DNA of 64,000 nt from an uncultured Gammaproteobacteria bacterium (GTDB lineage Bacteria > Patescibacteriota > Microgenomatia > Daviesbacterales > UBA10151), in the NCBI GenBank assembly GCA_964625535.1, contig CAZVEX010000003.1, forward strand, positions 55,524 through 119,523. The letters run 5' to 3'. Positions within the stretch are counted from its first letter, which is position 1, and every line of letters begins with the position of its first letter. Of this stretch, positions 18,797 through 28,107 are shown in pieces. The position numbers were made by a program, and so were the translations under genes. The notes beneath the pieces are model-generated. The model did not search any database. It saw only the letters and a program-made list of their open reading frames with translations, and had not been told where the DNA came from.

Positions 18797-20380
18797 ATGA
18801 ATCCTACCGAAGGCGGATCAGCAGAAGCCCCTACCTTTAGAGCCAGACCAAGAAGTGGATCAACAGGTGCTTCTGAACAACCAGGCCCAGCCGGACCTGG
18901 ACCAACAACCCCGGAAAGACGGGAAATTGATTTCGGAGTAATAGGTAATATATTCCGTGGGGCAGCTTCAAGTTTAAGGGAAACTTTAGGTAAAGGATTA
19001 GGAGAAAGAATAAGACAGGATTTGCCTTCTGATGAAGCGGCCGGAAAATTGGGCGAACAACTTCAACAAAAACTTTCTCGAGCAGTGGTATTTGGACATT
19101 CACTGGTGGATTTTCTTGTTTTAAAACCGGTAGGTGCTGCCTGGCAATCAAAAACAGAGATAGGTGCCGGTATGGCAGCCGGGTTTGTTACAAAAGAAGC
19201 AGCCAAGTTTGCAGCCAGTTTTTTCCTGCCCGGGGGTATTTTGGTAAGAGCAGGCGTGGGAGCTGCGGCAGGTGCGGCCACAGCTACAGCTAAAGAAATT
19301 GTTTCTTCCCACAGAAAATATGCAACCTTTGCCAAGGATTTAAGACAGAGAGTGCCGGACCAAACAGGTATGGCTGAAGTAGCTTTGGCCAAAGAATTTA
19401 AGAATTTGGTAGAAAAGTTTAACTCGACTGCAGACGCCAAACAAAGAGAGCCTCTGTCGGATGAGATCAGAAATCTATCGATATTTATCAAGAATCAGGA
19501 ATGGGCCACTAAAGGCATGGATAGAGCATCAAGCAAAAAGATGGCTATTGACGCATTTCTAAGCGCCGGTTCTGGAGAATTGTCCCAACTTCCCTCTGAA
19601 GCACAGATACAAACCCGAAACTATTTGGAAAGCGCTAAAAAGGTGGAGCGGGGAAGATTGGCCAAAAGAGCTTTGCGGGGAGCGGTTTTTGGGGCGGCCG
19701 GAGGTATTGCCGGAGGGATCCTGGTTGACTGGATTTCTTCTCATCTGGAAGCTACACCGGCTCCCGGTGTTGCCCCTGCTGCTGCCACCGAAACTGCCAC
19801 ACCTGAACCAGCCACAGCCACACCGGAGCCGACTACCACACCCAGACCCGCACCTACTGCTACTGTAGAACCACAAAGACCACCCTTGGCAGCCGCTCCT
19901 GACACTCAACCCGCAGCTCCGCCGGCCCCGGCCGAGGCGGGAGCGCCTATCCAACCACCCGAGGCTCCGGCCGCTCCGGGGGCCCAACCGGCAGCAGCCC
20001 CCGCACCGGCTGAAACTGCCGCTACCGAACCCCTCCCACCCACTAAAGCTCCCACCGGCGCCATGGTCGAAGGCTCTACCGCAGACAACACCCTCACTTA
20101 TGACGGCAAACCATGGGTAATTGTGGATAACGGAGTAAAAAACATCGGCAATTTGTTCAAAGCCGTGGGAGAGTCCGGCTATGAAGTTGACCAACAAGCC
20201 CTGGCATCCAAATTGCAAGAAGCCACTGACATGTGGGCTCATGGACAACTGCAGTACTCCAGCGACCCTGATCTTTTTAGAATTTTCCATTTGAGCAACG
20301 GCACAGCCAGTGTTTATAATGATCTTCTTAATGATGATACACTGGAATCATTGAAAAAATTAGGGGTAGTGAAAAAATAA
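18797..20380 (+). CDS. Hypothetical membrane-associated protein with Pro/Ala/Thr-rich linker
   Basis: Hydrophobic segments in the N-terminal half. A ~110-aa PT/PA-rich low-complexity linker (TPEPATATPEPTTTPRPAP...). A C-terminal globular domain. Divergent from the upstream gene with a ~20-50 bp gap. Confidence 0.5.
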   Translation: MNPTEGGSAEAPTFRARPRSGSTGASEQPGPAGPGPTTPERREIDFGVIGNIFRGAASSLRETLGKGLGERIRQDLPSDEAAGKLGEQLQQKLSRAVVFGHSLVDFLVLKPVGAAWQSKTEIGAGMAAGFVTKEAAKFAASFFLPGGILVRAGVGAAAGAATATAKEIVSSHRKYATFAKDLRQRVPDQTGMAEVALAKEFKNLVEKFNSTADAKQREPLSDEIRNLSIFIKNQEWATKGMDRASSKKMAIDAFLSAGSGELSQLPSEAQIQTRNYLESAKKVERGRLAKRALRGAVFGAAGGIAGGILVDWISSHLEATPAPGVAPAAATETATPEPATATPEPTTTPRPAPTATVEPQRPPLAAAPDTQPAAPPAPAEAGAPIQPPEAPAAPGAQPAAAPAPAETAATEPLPPTKAPTGAMVEGSTADNTLTYDGKPWVIVDNGVKNIGNLFKAVGESGYEVDQQALASKLQEATDMWAHGQLQYSSDPDLFRIFHLSNGTASVYNDLLNDDTLESLKKLGVVKK

Positions 20381-20381
20381 C

Positions 20382-20702
20382 ATGGACCAAAAATTAGATG
20401 CTTATATTGAATCGCTGGTTTTAGGGATCATGGCCGATCCGGGTCTTAACGTCCTGCCCCAAGAAGAAAAAGATCAGTATACCCAAAAATTGCGGGATCA
20501 CTTTCATAAGTTAATTTTGGATACCCTGTTAAACAGGCTTTCTCCAGAGCAACAGGCGGAAATAGGAAAGCTAAAGGAGAATCAGGAAGAGATGGAAAAT
20601 AAAATTGAAGAATTTGCCATTTCCATACCCAATCTGGCCCAGGATATTGAAGAAAGATTAAACAGGGAAGTTGAGGCCATGAAACAGGCATTGATACCCT
20701 AA
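20382..20702 (+). CDS. Hypothetical small helical protein
   Basis: 106-aa ORF immediately following the upstream gene, with a 1-nt gap. Confidence 0.4.
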   Translation: MDQKLDAYIESLVLGIMADPGLNVLPQEEKDQYTQKLRDHFHKLILDTLLNRLSPEQQAEIGKLKENQEEMENKIEEFAISIPNLAQDIEERLNREVEAMKQALIP

Positions 20703-20718
20703 GATCTTTTTTGATAGA

Positions 20719-22908
20719 ATGCGGCCAGTGGCCAGGAGCAGACAAAAAAACAATTTCAAACCTACCCCTCCCCAGATTATCTTCCTTTTGGTCAAATTTT
20801 TGCTCATTAAAATTGGCCAAATACCAATTTTGGTTATCCGGCTACCCAAATTAAAACTTCCCTCTTTTGAGTTTCCCCGTCTACCGTCTCATCGCGGCCG
20901 ACCTAAAAAACATAGAATCCCCCGCAAATATAAAATAGCTTTTTTGGCCATACTTTTTACTTTTTCCTTTTTCCTTTATACTTATTTTACCATCCAGGCC
21001 GCTCGAACCCTTCCTTCCCCCACCAAACTGACTGCCACCGACACTCCCTTGACCACCGAGTTTTTCGACAGAAACAACACTCTTTTATACCGGCTTTATG
21101 AAGGCAGAAACCGCACTTTAGTCAATTTAAATGATCTGCCAAAACACCTAATTCAAGCTACCATTGCCATTGAGGATAAAAATTTCTATTCCCACCCAGG
21201 TTTTGATCTTCAAGCTATTTCGCGGGCTACTATTCATAATCTACGCACCGGCGAAAAACAAGGAGCTTCCACCATTACCCAGCAGTTGATTAAAAACACC
21301 CTGCTCACCCCGGAAAAAACTATCTCACGCAAAGCTAAAGAAATTTTCTTGGCTTTTTGGGCAGAGAGAATTTATTCCAAAGATGAAATTTTGCAGATGT
21401 ACTTTAATGAAGCTCCATACGGCGGCCCGGCCTGGGGCATTGAGGCAGCCTCTGAAACCTATTTTGGCAAGGAGGCCCGCGATTTAAATTTGGCAGAAAG
21501 CTCTTTTTTGGCCGGTCTGCCTGCTTCCCCAACCGAATTTAGTCCTTACGGAACCAAGCCGGAACTGGCTAAAGAACGCCAAAAACAGGTGCTCGAGCGC
21601 ATGGTGGAAGACCACTACATTTCCAAAGAACAGGCTGATGAGGCTTTTTCGGAGAAACTGGCCCTTTTACCCAGAAGCGACCAGATTAAAGCCCCTCATT
21701 TTGTGATGTATGTGCGAGATCTTCTTTCCCAAAAATACGGACCACGGGTAGTTTCCCAAGGCGGTTTAAAGATCCACACTACTTTAGACCTTGGCCTGCA
21801 GGAAAAAGTGGAGGAAATTGTTAAACAAGACATAAAAGACTTAAGTAACTTAAATGTAAATAATGGAGCTGCCATGGTGACAGATGCCGAAACCGCAGAG
21901 ATTTTGGCCATGGCGGGCTCCAGAGATTACCATTATCCGGACTTTGGCAACTTTAATGTCACCACTGCCTTAAGACAGCCGGGTTCTTCCATTAAAGTAG
22001 TCACTTATGTAACGGCTTTCAAAAAAGGTTACTCCCCTGGCAATACCATGCTGGATATACCTGCCTCATTCAAAGACGGCACCAAAAATTATTCTCCGGT
22101 TAACTATGACGGAAAATACCACGGACCTGTTTCAATCAGGACAGCCTTGGGCTCATCTTATAATGTGTCGGCAGTCAAAATGCTGGCCACAGTCGGTATT
22201 GAAGATATGATCCAAACTGCCCGCGATCTGGGAATAACCACTTTTAATGACACCGGTCGATACGGGCTATCGCTCACTCTGGGTGGCGGAGAAGTCAAAA
22301 TGATTGATATGATTTCTGTTTATGGAACTTTAGCGCAAAATGGGTATAAAAAGTATCCAACACCCATTTTAAAAATAACCGATTCCAACGGCAATATTCT
22401 GGAAGAATATGAAGATGTGGGTCAACAGGTACTTCAGCCGGAAATAGCCTATCTTATAACCGATATTTTAAAAGATAACAGGGCCAGGACTCCGGCTTTC
22501 GGTCCCAATTCCCTGCTCAATATCCCGGGCTTCGAGGTGGCTGCAAAAACCGGCACTTCGGATAATAAAAGGGATAACTGGACTTTTGGCTATACCCCCC
22601 AATATGTGGTGGGCGTGTGGGTGGGTAATAATGATAACTCCCCCATGAACCCTACTCTTTCGTCTGGTGTGACCGGAGCAGCCCCAATTTGGAATAAAAT
22701 CATGCATGCTCTTTTGGATGGAACTGAAAGAGTGAGTTTTGAAAAACCCTCGGGGGTGATTGAAGTGGCAGTTGATGGAAGAAAGGATTTGGCAGTAGCC
22801 AGTATCTTGCCCAAATCTTTGGTCAGGGTCTTCAAACAGGAGGACAAACTTACTTTCCGCGACGCCTTTACAGCCTATGCCACCTCATCAGCCAGTTTAA
22901 CTCCCTAA
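20719..22908 (+). CDS. Class A penicillin-binding protein (bifunctional transglycosylase/transpeptidase, PBP1A-like)
   Basis: GT51 motifs IAIEDKNFYSHPGFD and GASTITQQL. Transpeptidase motifs SSIK (SxxK), SYN (SxN), KTGT. N-terminal TM anchor. The true start is probably downstream of 20719. Confidence 0.9.
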   Translation: MRPVARSRQKNNFKPTPPQIIFLLVKFLLIKIGQIPILVIRLPKLKLPSFEFPRLPSHRGRPKKHRIPRKYKIAFLAILFTFSFFLYTYFTIQAARTLPSPTKLTATDTPLTTEFFDRNNTLLYRLYEGRNRTLVNLNDLPKHLIQATIAIEDKNFYSHPGFDLQAISRATIHNLRTGEKQGASTITQQLIKNTLLTPEKTISRKAKEIFLAFWAERIYSKDEILQMYFNEAPYGGPAWGIEAASETYFGKEARDLNLAESSFLAGLPASPTEFSPYGTKPELAKERQKQVLERMVEDHYISKEQADEAFSEKLALLPRSDQIKAPHFVMYVRDLLSQKYGPRVVSQGGLKIHTTLDLGLQEKVEEIVKQDIKDLSNLNVNNGAAMVTDAETAEILAMAGSRDYHYPDFGNFNVTTALRQPGSSIKVVTYVTAFKKGYSPGNTMLDIPASFKDGTKNYSPVNYDGKYHGPVSIRTALGSSYNVSAVKMLATVGIEDMIQTARDLGITTFNDTGRYGLSLTLGGGEVKMIDMISVYGTLAQNGYKKYPTPILKITDSNGNILEEYEDVGQQVLQPEIAYLITDILKDNRARTPAFGPNSLLNIPGFEVAAKTGTSDNKRDNWTFGYTPQYVVGVWVGNNDNSPMNPTLSSGVTGAAPIWNKIMHALLDGTERVSFEKPSGVIEVAVDGRKDLAVASILPKSLVRVFKQEDKLTFRDAFTAYATSSASLTP

Positions 22909-23300
22909 CCCAATACCACCCAGCCGCGTAAGTCTTTTTTAGGGAATTTTAAAGGAGAAGTTATAAAAGGATCCACTTCCCCGATAAAAATTAAAGTGCC
23001 AAAACGGCTGTCTTTTTTACTTTCCCAGTAATCTTCCCCTGCTGTAATCTCTTTTCCGTAGTCTTTTTTCAAGTTATTTAAGTCATTTTGGGAGAGTCCG
23101 TCAAAAAAGAACACTTTTTGTACTCGGAATTGACCAATAGGATCTCCTCCGGAAGGTTTGATGTAAACTAAATCTCCCGGGGCGACTGCCCCAAAAGGCG
23201 GATTTTTCCTTCTGGAAAAGCGGGATTCCATGGTTTTTTCACCGGATAAAATTTTCTCCCCCACCCCCTTTGTAAAAATAGCCAGATGTTTTGTCATCAT
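22905..23300 (-). CDS. Small PUA-like/ASCH-fold protein (tentative)
   Basis: 131-aa ORF whose pattern LAIFTKGVGEKILSGEKTMESRFSRR...GDLVYIK resembles ASCH-domain proteins. The assignment is weak. Confidence 0.35.
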   Translation of the reverse strand: MMTKHLAIFTKGVGEKILSGEKTMESRFSRRKNPPFGAVAPGDLVYIKPSGGDPIGQFRVQKVFFFDGLSQNDLNNLKKDYGKEITAGEDYWESKKDSRFGTLIFIGEVDPFITSPLKFPKKDLRGWVVLG

Positions 23301-23686
23301 GCGAATTATACCATCTTGACAAACTGATAGCTTATGATAAGTTTGTTTCTATGACAGCAGAGGTAGTGACAAGTCGCTCGATAGAAGCATGTTCAAGGCA
23401 TACAGCAGGATTGAGGTTTCGCGAGAGGGTGGCAGAAAGATTAAAGGCTGTGGTTTTAGGCACAGTCGTAGCCAGCATCGGAGTGGTAGCCTCTTTAGCT
23501 ATTGGCCCGGCTTTTGTCCAAAGAGGCCTTGAGCTGGCAGATATAACTTTGCCGCTATTGGGCGTTACCTTTAATATCCTGCCCGGTGTGGGAATGATGG
23601 TCGGTGGCGCAGGCGTAGTCGCAGAAGGGGTCACAGGTAGAACAAATAGGATCGTGACCATAATGGCAGGCTTATTACAATCTTGA
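23291..23686 (+). CDS. Hypothetical small membrane protein (2 predicted TM); overlapping antisense ORF 23332-23661 also possible
   Basis: Two mutually exclusive ORFs overlap here. The plus-strand one has hydrophobic helices VVLGTVVASIGVVASLAIG and LLGVTFNILPGVGMMVGGAGVVA. It is uncertain which is real. Confidence 0.25.
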   Translation: MSSCELYHLDKLIAYDKFVSMTAEVVTSRSIEACSRHTAGLRFRERVAERLKAVVLGTVVASIGVVASLAIGPAFVQRGLELADITLPLLGVTFNILPGVGMMVGGAGVVAEGVTGRTNRIVTIMAGLLQS

Positions 23687-23763
23687 CAAATCAGAACCTG
23701 TGGATCCCGGAATAACTAATCCTACCTTTGTTGCTTTAAGAAGAATCAAACCTGATGGTATAA

Positions 23764-24105
23764 TTGAATGGTATGTGGAAATGGAAAATCCATCTGTTGC
23801 AGGAAATAGGCTATAATATACATATGTCTCCAGAAAGTGAAATTAAACGTAGGCAACCCAGACTTCAACCCGAAGCAATTGCACTGGTACAAAAGGCGCT
23901 CGGAGAGGGTTTATTGTCACAGCTGACAGAAAGACAACAATCCGTTCTTAGTGCAAGATATGACCATAATCCGCCTCCAACCTTAGAAGATGTAGCTAGA
24001 CAACTTTATCCTGATCATCCAAATCCCAGAGTTGCAAAAGGCAATGTCAGCGAGGCAGAACGAGCCGGACTAAAACGGCTTAAAGGGTTGTTAGGTTTAA
24101 GATAA
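23764..24105 (+). CDS. Small sigma-70 region-4-like HTH protein
   Basis: LTERQQSVLSARYD...TLEDVARQL...VSEAERAGLKRLKGLL matches the sigma70_r4 helix-turn-helix. A TATAAT sits at 23808-23813 and an alternative start lies at 23824 (MSPESE). Confidence 0.5.
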   Translation: MNGMWKWKIHLLQEIGYNIHMSPESEIKRRQPRLQPEAIALVQKALGEGLLSQLTERQQSVLSARYDHNPPPTLEDVARQLYPDHPNPRVAKGNVSEAERAGLKRLKGLLGLR

Positions 24106-24178
24106 AGTGAACCCCTTGCCATCCCTTAAACTTTCTGTTACACTTGACAAAGTCCTCCTAAACTAAGGAGGATTTTTA

Positions 24179-24373
24179 ATGCCCAATATATTTAATTTTT
24201 TAAAAGAAGTTAAGGAGGAGTTAAATAAGGTGGTTTGGCCAACCAGAGATCAAACCATCAGATACACCATTTTGGTGATTGTGGTGGCTGTGGTTGTGGG
24301 AGCTATTTTGGGAGGTTTGGATTATTTTTTGACCATCCTGACAGACTTTTTAATTAAAAACTATGGAAGATAA
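24179..24373 (+). CDS. secE: Preprotein translocase subunit SecE
   Basis: Single-TM 64-aa protein with a WPTRDQTIRYT motif. Strong AAGGAGG Shine-Dalgarno 7 nt upstream. Followed by nusG. Confidence 0.85.
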   Translation: MPNIFNFLKEVKEELNKVVWPTRDQTIRYTILVIVVAVVVGAILGGLDYFLTILTDFLIKNYGR

Positions 24374-24917
24374 AGATAAAAACAAAGACAATCCCAATGC
24401 CAAATGGTATGTAGTCCATACCTACTCCGGCCATGAGAATAAAGTGGCGGCCACCCTGAAACAGCGGATTGAGTCCGAACATCTGGAAGAGCAAATCCTG
24501 GAAATTCTGGTTCCCATGCAGGATAAAATTGAGATCAAATCCGGCAAAAAAGCCGAGGTTAAAGAAAAACTCTTTCCCGGGTATATTTTGGTTAAAATGG
24601 TTTTAAATGATGTTTCATGGCTGGCTGTGCGCACCACCCCTGGAGTAACCGCCTTTGTCGGCATGGGCAACAAACCCACTCCCATTTCTGATCAAGAAGT
24701 TGCTACTATTGTCAAATTTACCAAGGAACAGACCCCCATGTATAAACAGGTCTTTGCCGCAGATGACACAGTCAAGATTGTTGACGGTCCATTTGCCGAA
24801 TTCATCGGTAAGGTGGATTCTGTGGATCAGGAAAAGGGTAAAATCAAGGTTTTGGTGTCCATTTTTGGCCGGGAAACACCAGTGGAACTGGACTTTTTAC
24901 AGGTGCAAAAAATATAA
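24363..24917 (+). CDS. nusG: Transcription termination/antitermination factor NusG
   Basis: NGN domain KWYVVHTYSGHENKV and KOW motif. Conserved secE-nusG-rplK context. Confidence 0.9.
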   Translation: MEDKDKNKDNPNAKWYVVHTYSGHENKVAATLKQRIESEHLEEQILEILVPMQDKIEIKSGKKAEVKEKLFPGYILVKMVLNDVSWLAVRTTPGVTAFVGMGNKPTPISDQEVATIVKFTKEQTPMYKQVFAADDTVKIVDGPFAEFIGKVDSVDQEKGKIKVLVSIFGRETPVELDFLQVQKI

Positions 24918-25343
24918 ATGGCTAAAAAGATTAAGACATATATTAAACTAAATATTCCTGCAGGTGAGGCTACTCCTGCTCCTCCTGTGGGCCCTGCGCT
25001 GGGCCAGCATGGTTTACCCATCATGGAATTTGTCAAAGCCTTTAATGATAAAACCGCAGAGAAAAAAGGCAATATTTTACCTGTTGTCATCACGGTTTAT
25101 GAAGACAGAACTTTTGCTTTTATTACCAAAGAGCCGCCCGTGGCGGAAATGATCAAAAAGACCCTAAATCTGGAAAAAGGCTCCGGCAAAGCTCTAAAAG
25201 AACCTGTGGGAAGTTTAACCCTGGATCAGGTAAGAAAAATTACCGAGGCCAAACTGCCGGATTTAAACACCAAAAATGTCGAGGCGGCCATGAAGATTGT
25301 CGAAGGCACAGCCAGAAGTATGGGAGTAAAGATTAATGGGTAA
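24918..25343 (+). CDS. rplK: 50S ribosomal protein L11
   Basis: [32 protein letters not shown] is the L11 N-terminal domain signature. Confidence 0.95.
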   Translation: MAKKIKTYIKLNIPAGEATPAPPVGPALGQHGLPIMEFVKAFNDKTAEKKGNILPVVITVYEDRTFAFITKEPPVAEMIKKTLNLEKGSGKALKEPVGSLTLDQVRKITEAKLPDLNTKNVEAAMKIVEGTARSMGVKING

Positions 25344-26187
25344 AACTAAAATAAAAACAATTGATGATTCTGTGGCTCCTAAAAAAGAGCGAGTTTACCC
25401 CGAGCGAAGTCGAGGGGATGAGTTAGTGGAAAAATTAAAAGCAGAACTGGGAATAGAAAAAACAGAAAAACCAACACAGCCTAAAGCAGTTGTTAAGACA
25501 GCAGTTAAGACAGATGTAAAGACAAAACCAAAAAAACAAGAAAAAGTAGAATCGTCCCAACAAAGATCCAAAAAATACCTGGAAAAAGCCAAAGACCTAG
25601 ACAGGAACAAATTTTATCCCCTGCCAGAAGCTCTGGAATTGGTGAAAAAGCTATCTTATTCCAAATTTGACGGCACATTGGAAGCACATGTCAATACAAT
25701 CCAGGCTAATCTGCGAGGGTTTGTTTCTTTACCCTTTTCATCCGGCAAGAAGCTTAAAATTCTTATTTTTGGTTCCTCGGCTGGGCTCGAGGGAGTTATC
25801 TCGGGTAATGATGAAACTATTGAAGAAATTACCAAAGGGAAAGTTGATTTTGATTTAATCATTACCACTCCGCAGTGGATGCCTAAACTTGCCAAAGTAG
25901 CCAGAATTTTGGGTCCTAAAGGTTTAATGCCAAACCCCAAAAACGGCACAATCGCGGACGATATAAAAAAAGCTGTGGAGAGTTTTCAGGCCGGAAAAAC
26001 AGAGTATAAAACAGAACCCAAGGCTCCTATAATCCATCTGGCTCTAGGTAAATTAGGTCAACCTGATGAAGAACTGACGGCCAATGTTAAAACTCTTTTG
26101 CAGACCGTCGGCAAAACCAGAATTAAAAAGGTAACTTTATCCCCCACCATGGGGCCTGGCGTAAAGCTGGATCTAGCTTCTCTTTAG
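25336..26187 (+). CDS. rplA: 50S ribosomal protein L1 with ~75-aa Lys-rich N-terminal extension
   Basis: The core [43 protein letters not shown] matches L1. It is preceded by a K/T/V-rich extension, and the only Met in that extension is the annotated start. Confidence 0.85.
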   Translation: MGKTKIKTIDDSVAPKKERVYPERSRGDELVEKLKAELGIEKTEKPTQPKAVVKTAVKTDVKTKPKKQEKVESSQQRSKKYLEKAKDLDRNKFYPLPEALELVKKLSYSKFDGTLEAHVNTIQANLRGFVSLPFSSGKKLKILIFGSSAGLEGVISGNDETIEEITKGKVDFDLIITTPQWMPKLAKVARILGPKGLMPNPKNGTIADDIKKAVESFQAGKTEYKTEPKAPIIHLALGKLGQPDEELTANVKTLLQTVGKTRIKKVTLSPTMGPGVKLDLASL

Positions 26188-27186
26188 AGCCTTTTTCAAA
26201 ATTATTCCCAAATTAATCTTTAAACTATAAATTGAGATTAAGCCAAAGATCAGCACAAACAAAGCTGATAAGATATGAAACAAAACTATCATGCTTGATG
26301 CCAAATTAGGGTCCATACCAAACACTCCGGAAAGAATCACCAGGCCGGAAGCTTCGGCTGAACCGATATAACCCGGCGCTGCAGGTATAAGATAGGTCAG
26401 AGCAGACAGCAACTGGCCCAGATACATTTTTACAAAAGGCTGAATTGTACCCAAAGATAAAAAGGTAAAATACCAAATAGCCCCGTCTGCGGCGTAAGCC
26501 AAAATTGTTATCCCCATCATAAAACCTAAATCTTTTGGGTGTCTTCTCAAGACAGAAAAAGAGTCTAAAAGAAATTGACTAAATCGCTCAAAATATATCT
26601 TAATATGCTTTTCTACCAATAGATGGCTCAATAATTTGAATAGTTTTTTGGCAGAACTTGTTCTGTAAATCATTAAATAGGTTAAGAAAAGGCCAATAAA
26701 AAATATAATCATTATAATAATTATAAAAGCTATACTTAAAGAGGTTGGAACTAGAAAAAAAAAGCCGGCGGCCAAAATAAGCACTACTAAAAAATCCACA
26801 AACCTGTCCAGGAAAATCCAAATTACAGATTTACCTAAGCTTAAATTAAATCTGGTATTTAAATATACTCCTTTAGCCACCTCCCCTGCCCTGATGGGAA
26901 TAAAAAAATTCAACATCTGTGCCAAACCGTTTAAAAGAACAAGGTCTTTGAGGGGAATTTTTTTGATCTCCGAGAAAAAAATCTTCAGTCTGACGGCTCT
27001 TAAAAATGCCGACAAAAACATAAAAGCAAATACCGGTATTACGACAAACGGATTGATCTTGGAGAAAGCGGCGAAAATCTCCCGAATATTAACAAATCGA
27101 AGCCAGATTAAAACCAAAATAGCGCCAATGACGGTGTTTAGCAAAACCTTTAATAAATTACGAGTTGATAACATCCCATTTAACAA
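26173..27186 (-). CDS. Lysylphosphatidylglycerol-synthase-TM-like / flippase-like (UPF0104, COG0392) membrane protein
   Basis: 8 TM helices, with IPIRAGEVAKGVYLNTRF and FLDRFVDF motifs typical of the LPG_synthase_TM family. Confidence 0.6.
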   Translation of the reverse strand: MLNGMLSTRNLLKVLLNTVIGAILVLIWLRFVNIREIFAAFSKINPFVVIPVFAFMFLSAFLRAVRLKIFFSEIKKIPLKDLVLLNGLAQMLNFFIPIRAGEVAKGVYLNTRFNLSLGKSVIWIFLDRFVDFLVVLILAAGFFFLVPTSLSIAFIIIIMIIFFIGLFLTYLMIYRTSSAKKLFKLLSHLLVEKHIKIYFERFSQFLLDSFSVLRRHPKDLGFMMGITILAYAADGAIWYFTFLSLGTIQPFVKMYLGQLLSALTYLIPAAPGYIGSAEASGLVILSGVFGMDPNLASSMIVLFHILSALFVLIFGLISIYSLKINLGIILKKALKRS

Positions 27187-27205
27187 TATACACTATTATT
27201 ATCTT

Positions 27206-28045
27206 ATGATGTTTTCCAGTTTAAAATCCAGAATTCTTTTGGGAGCATATATCCTATTGCTTATTGCCATTCCTGTTGGCTCTTATCTTATTTCCCAGCA
27301 GCAAACCTTAACTTCGAAGGCGGCTCAACTTAAAAAAACCAAGGTGGCCACAGAGTCTCCTACGCCTGCTCCATCTCCAAAATCCCGACTTGTTTTACCC
27401 AGTCCTCAACCATCAACTCCCGCAACAACCACCACCACTACCACCTCCTTTGGGCCAACTTTGTCAGGTTCGGTCAGGTCTGAAGGAAGGCCGGAGGGCC
27501 AGCAGGCCGGTAAACTTTTTGTGGGAATTCTGGAAAATTTAGTTAATAACCCCACTTTTTTATTAAGTTTCACTGTAGATTTGCCAGCAACAGGCGAGTT
27601 TAAAGACCTATCTTTGGCAGGTTTAAGCTCCGGGAGAAATTACTTTGCCGTTTTAAAGGGTGCTGCTCAAATTGCCGCCTCCAGCGTTTTTACCATATCT
27701 CCTAATGTCACCAGATTGGAAAACGGTAATCCTATGAATTTGCTGTCAGGGGATTTGAATGAGGATAATGCGGTAACAGCCGCAGATTATGACCTTGCCA
27801 AGCTGGCTCTGGCCACAACCAAAGCCTCTCCCAAATGGAATGAGCTGGCTGATCTAAATAAGGATGGAGTGGTTAATCTTTTGGATTTGGGGTTGATTTC
27901 CAAAAATCTGGGTAAAGTGGGAGCAACCGGAGTTTGGGTATCTCCCCAACCCAAAACAGCCACCCCTTCGGCAAGCTCAGGGCAAGCCCCTTCAGCAGGC
28001 TCGGCAGGCCAACAAGGCTACTGGATCTTTGTCCCCAATCTTTAA
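27206..28045 (+). CDS. Secreted/anchored protein with type-I dockerin-like duplicated Ca-binding segment
   Basis: N-terminal signal/anchor, a Thr/Pro-rich linker, then DLNEDNAVTAADYDLAKLAL ... DLNKDGVVNLLDLGLISKNLG (dockerin repeat pair). The track start at 26894 overlaps the convergent gene. ATGATG at 27206 is the plausible start. Confidence 0.55.
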   Translation: MMFSSLKSRILLGAYILLLIAIPVGSYLISQQQTLTSKAAQLKKTKVATESPTPAPSPKSRLVLPSPQPSTPATTTTTTTSFGPTLSGSVRSEGRPEGQQAGKLFVGILENLVNNPTFLLSFTVDLPATGEFKDLSLAGLSSGRNYFAVLKGAAQIAASSVFTISPNVTRLENGNPMNLLSGDLNEDNAVTAADYDLAKLALATTKASPKWNELADLNKDGVVNLLDLGLISKNLGKVGATGVWVSPQPKTATPSASSGQAPSAGSAGQQGYWIFVPNL

Positions 28046-28047
28046 AC

Positions 28048-28076
28048 TTGACAAACTACTGATAAATTCATACAAT
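28048..28076 (+). promoter_or_regulatory. Sigma-70-type promoter TTGACA-N17-TACAAT upstream of rplJ
   Basis: TTGACA at 28048-28053, a 17-nt spacer, TACAAT at 28071-28076. Confidence 0.55.
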
Positions 28077-28107
28077 ACAAAGGCTTAAGACAGTGGGCAT
28101 CATAAGA

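Noticed and set aside
19559-20290. 243-aa Cys/Gly/Arg-rich minus-strand ORF
   Set aside because: It is the antisense of the GC-rich PT/PA linker of the 18797-20380 gene. Its composition is an artefact of complementing the Pro/Ala/Thr codons.
26894-27205. Upstream part of the dockerin-protein ORF as listed in the track
   Set aside because: It overlaps the convergent membrane-protein gene by about 290 nt. An in-frame ATGATG at 27206 followed by a signal-peptide-like sequence is the likely start.
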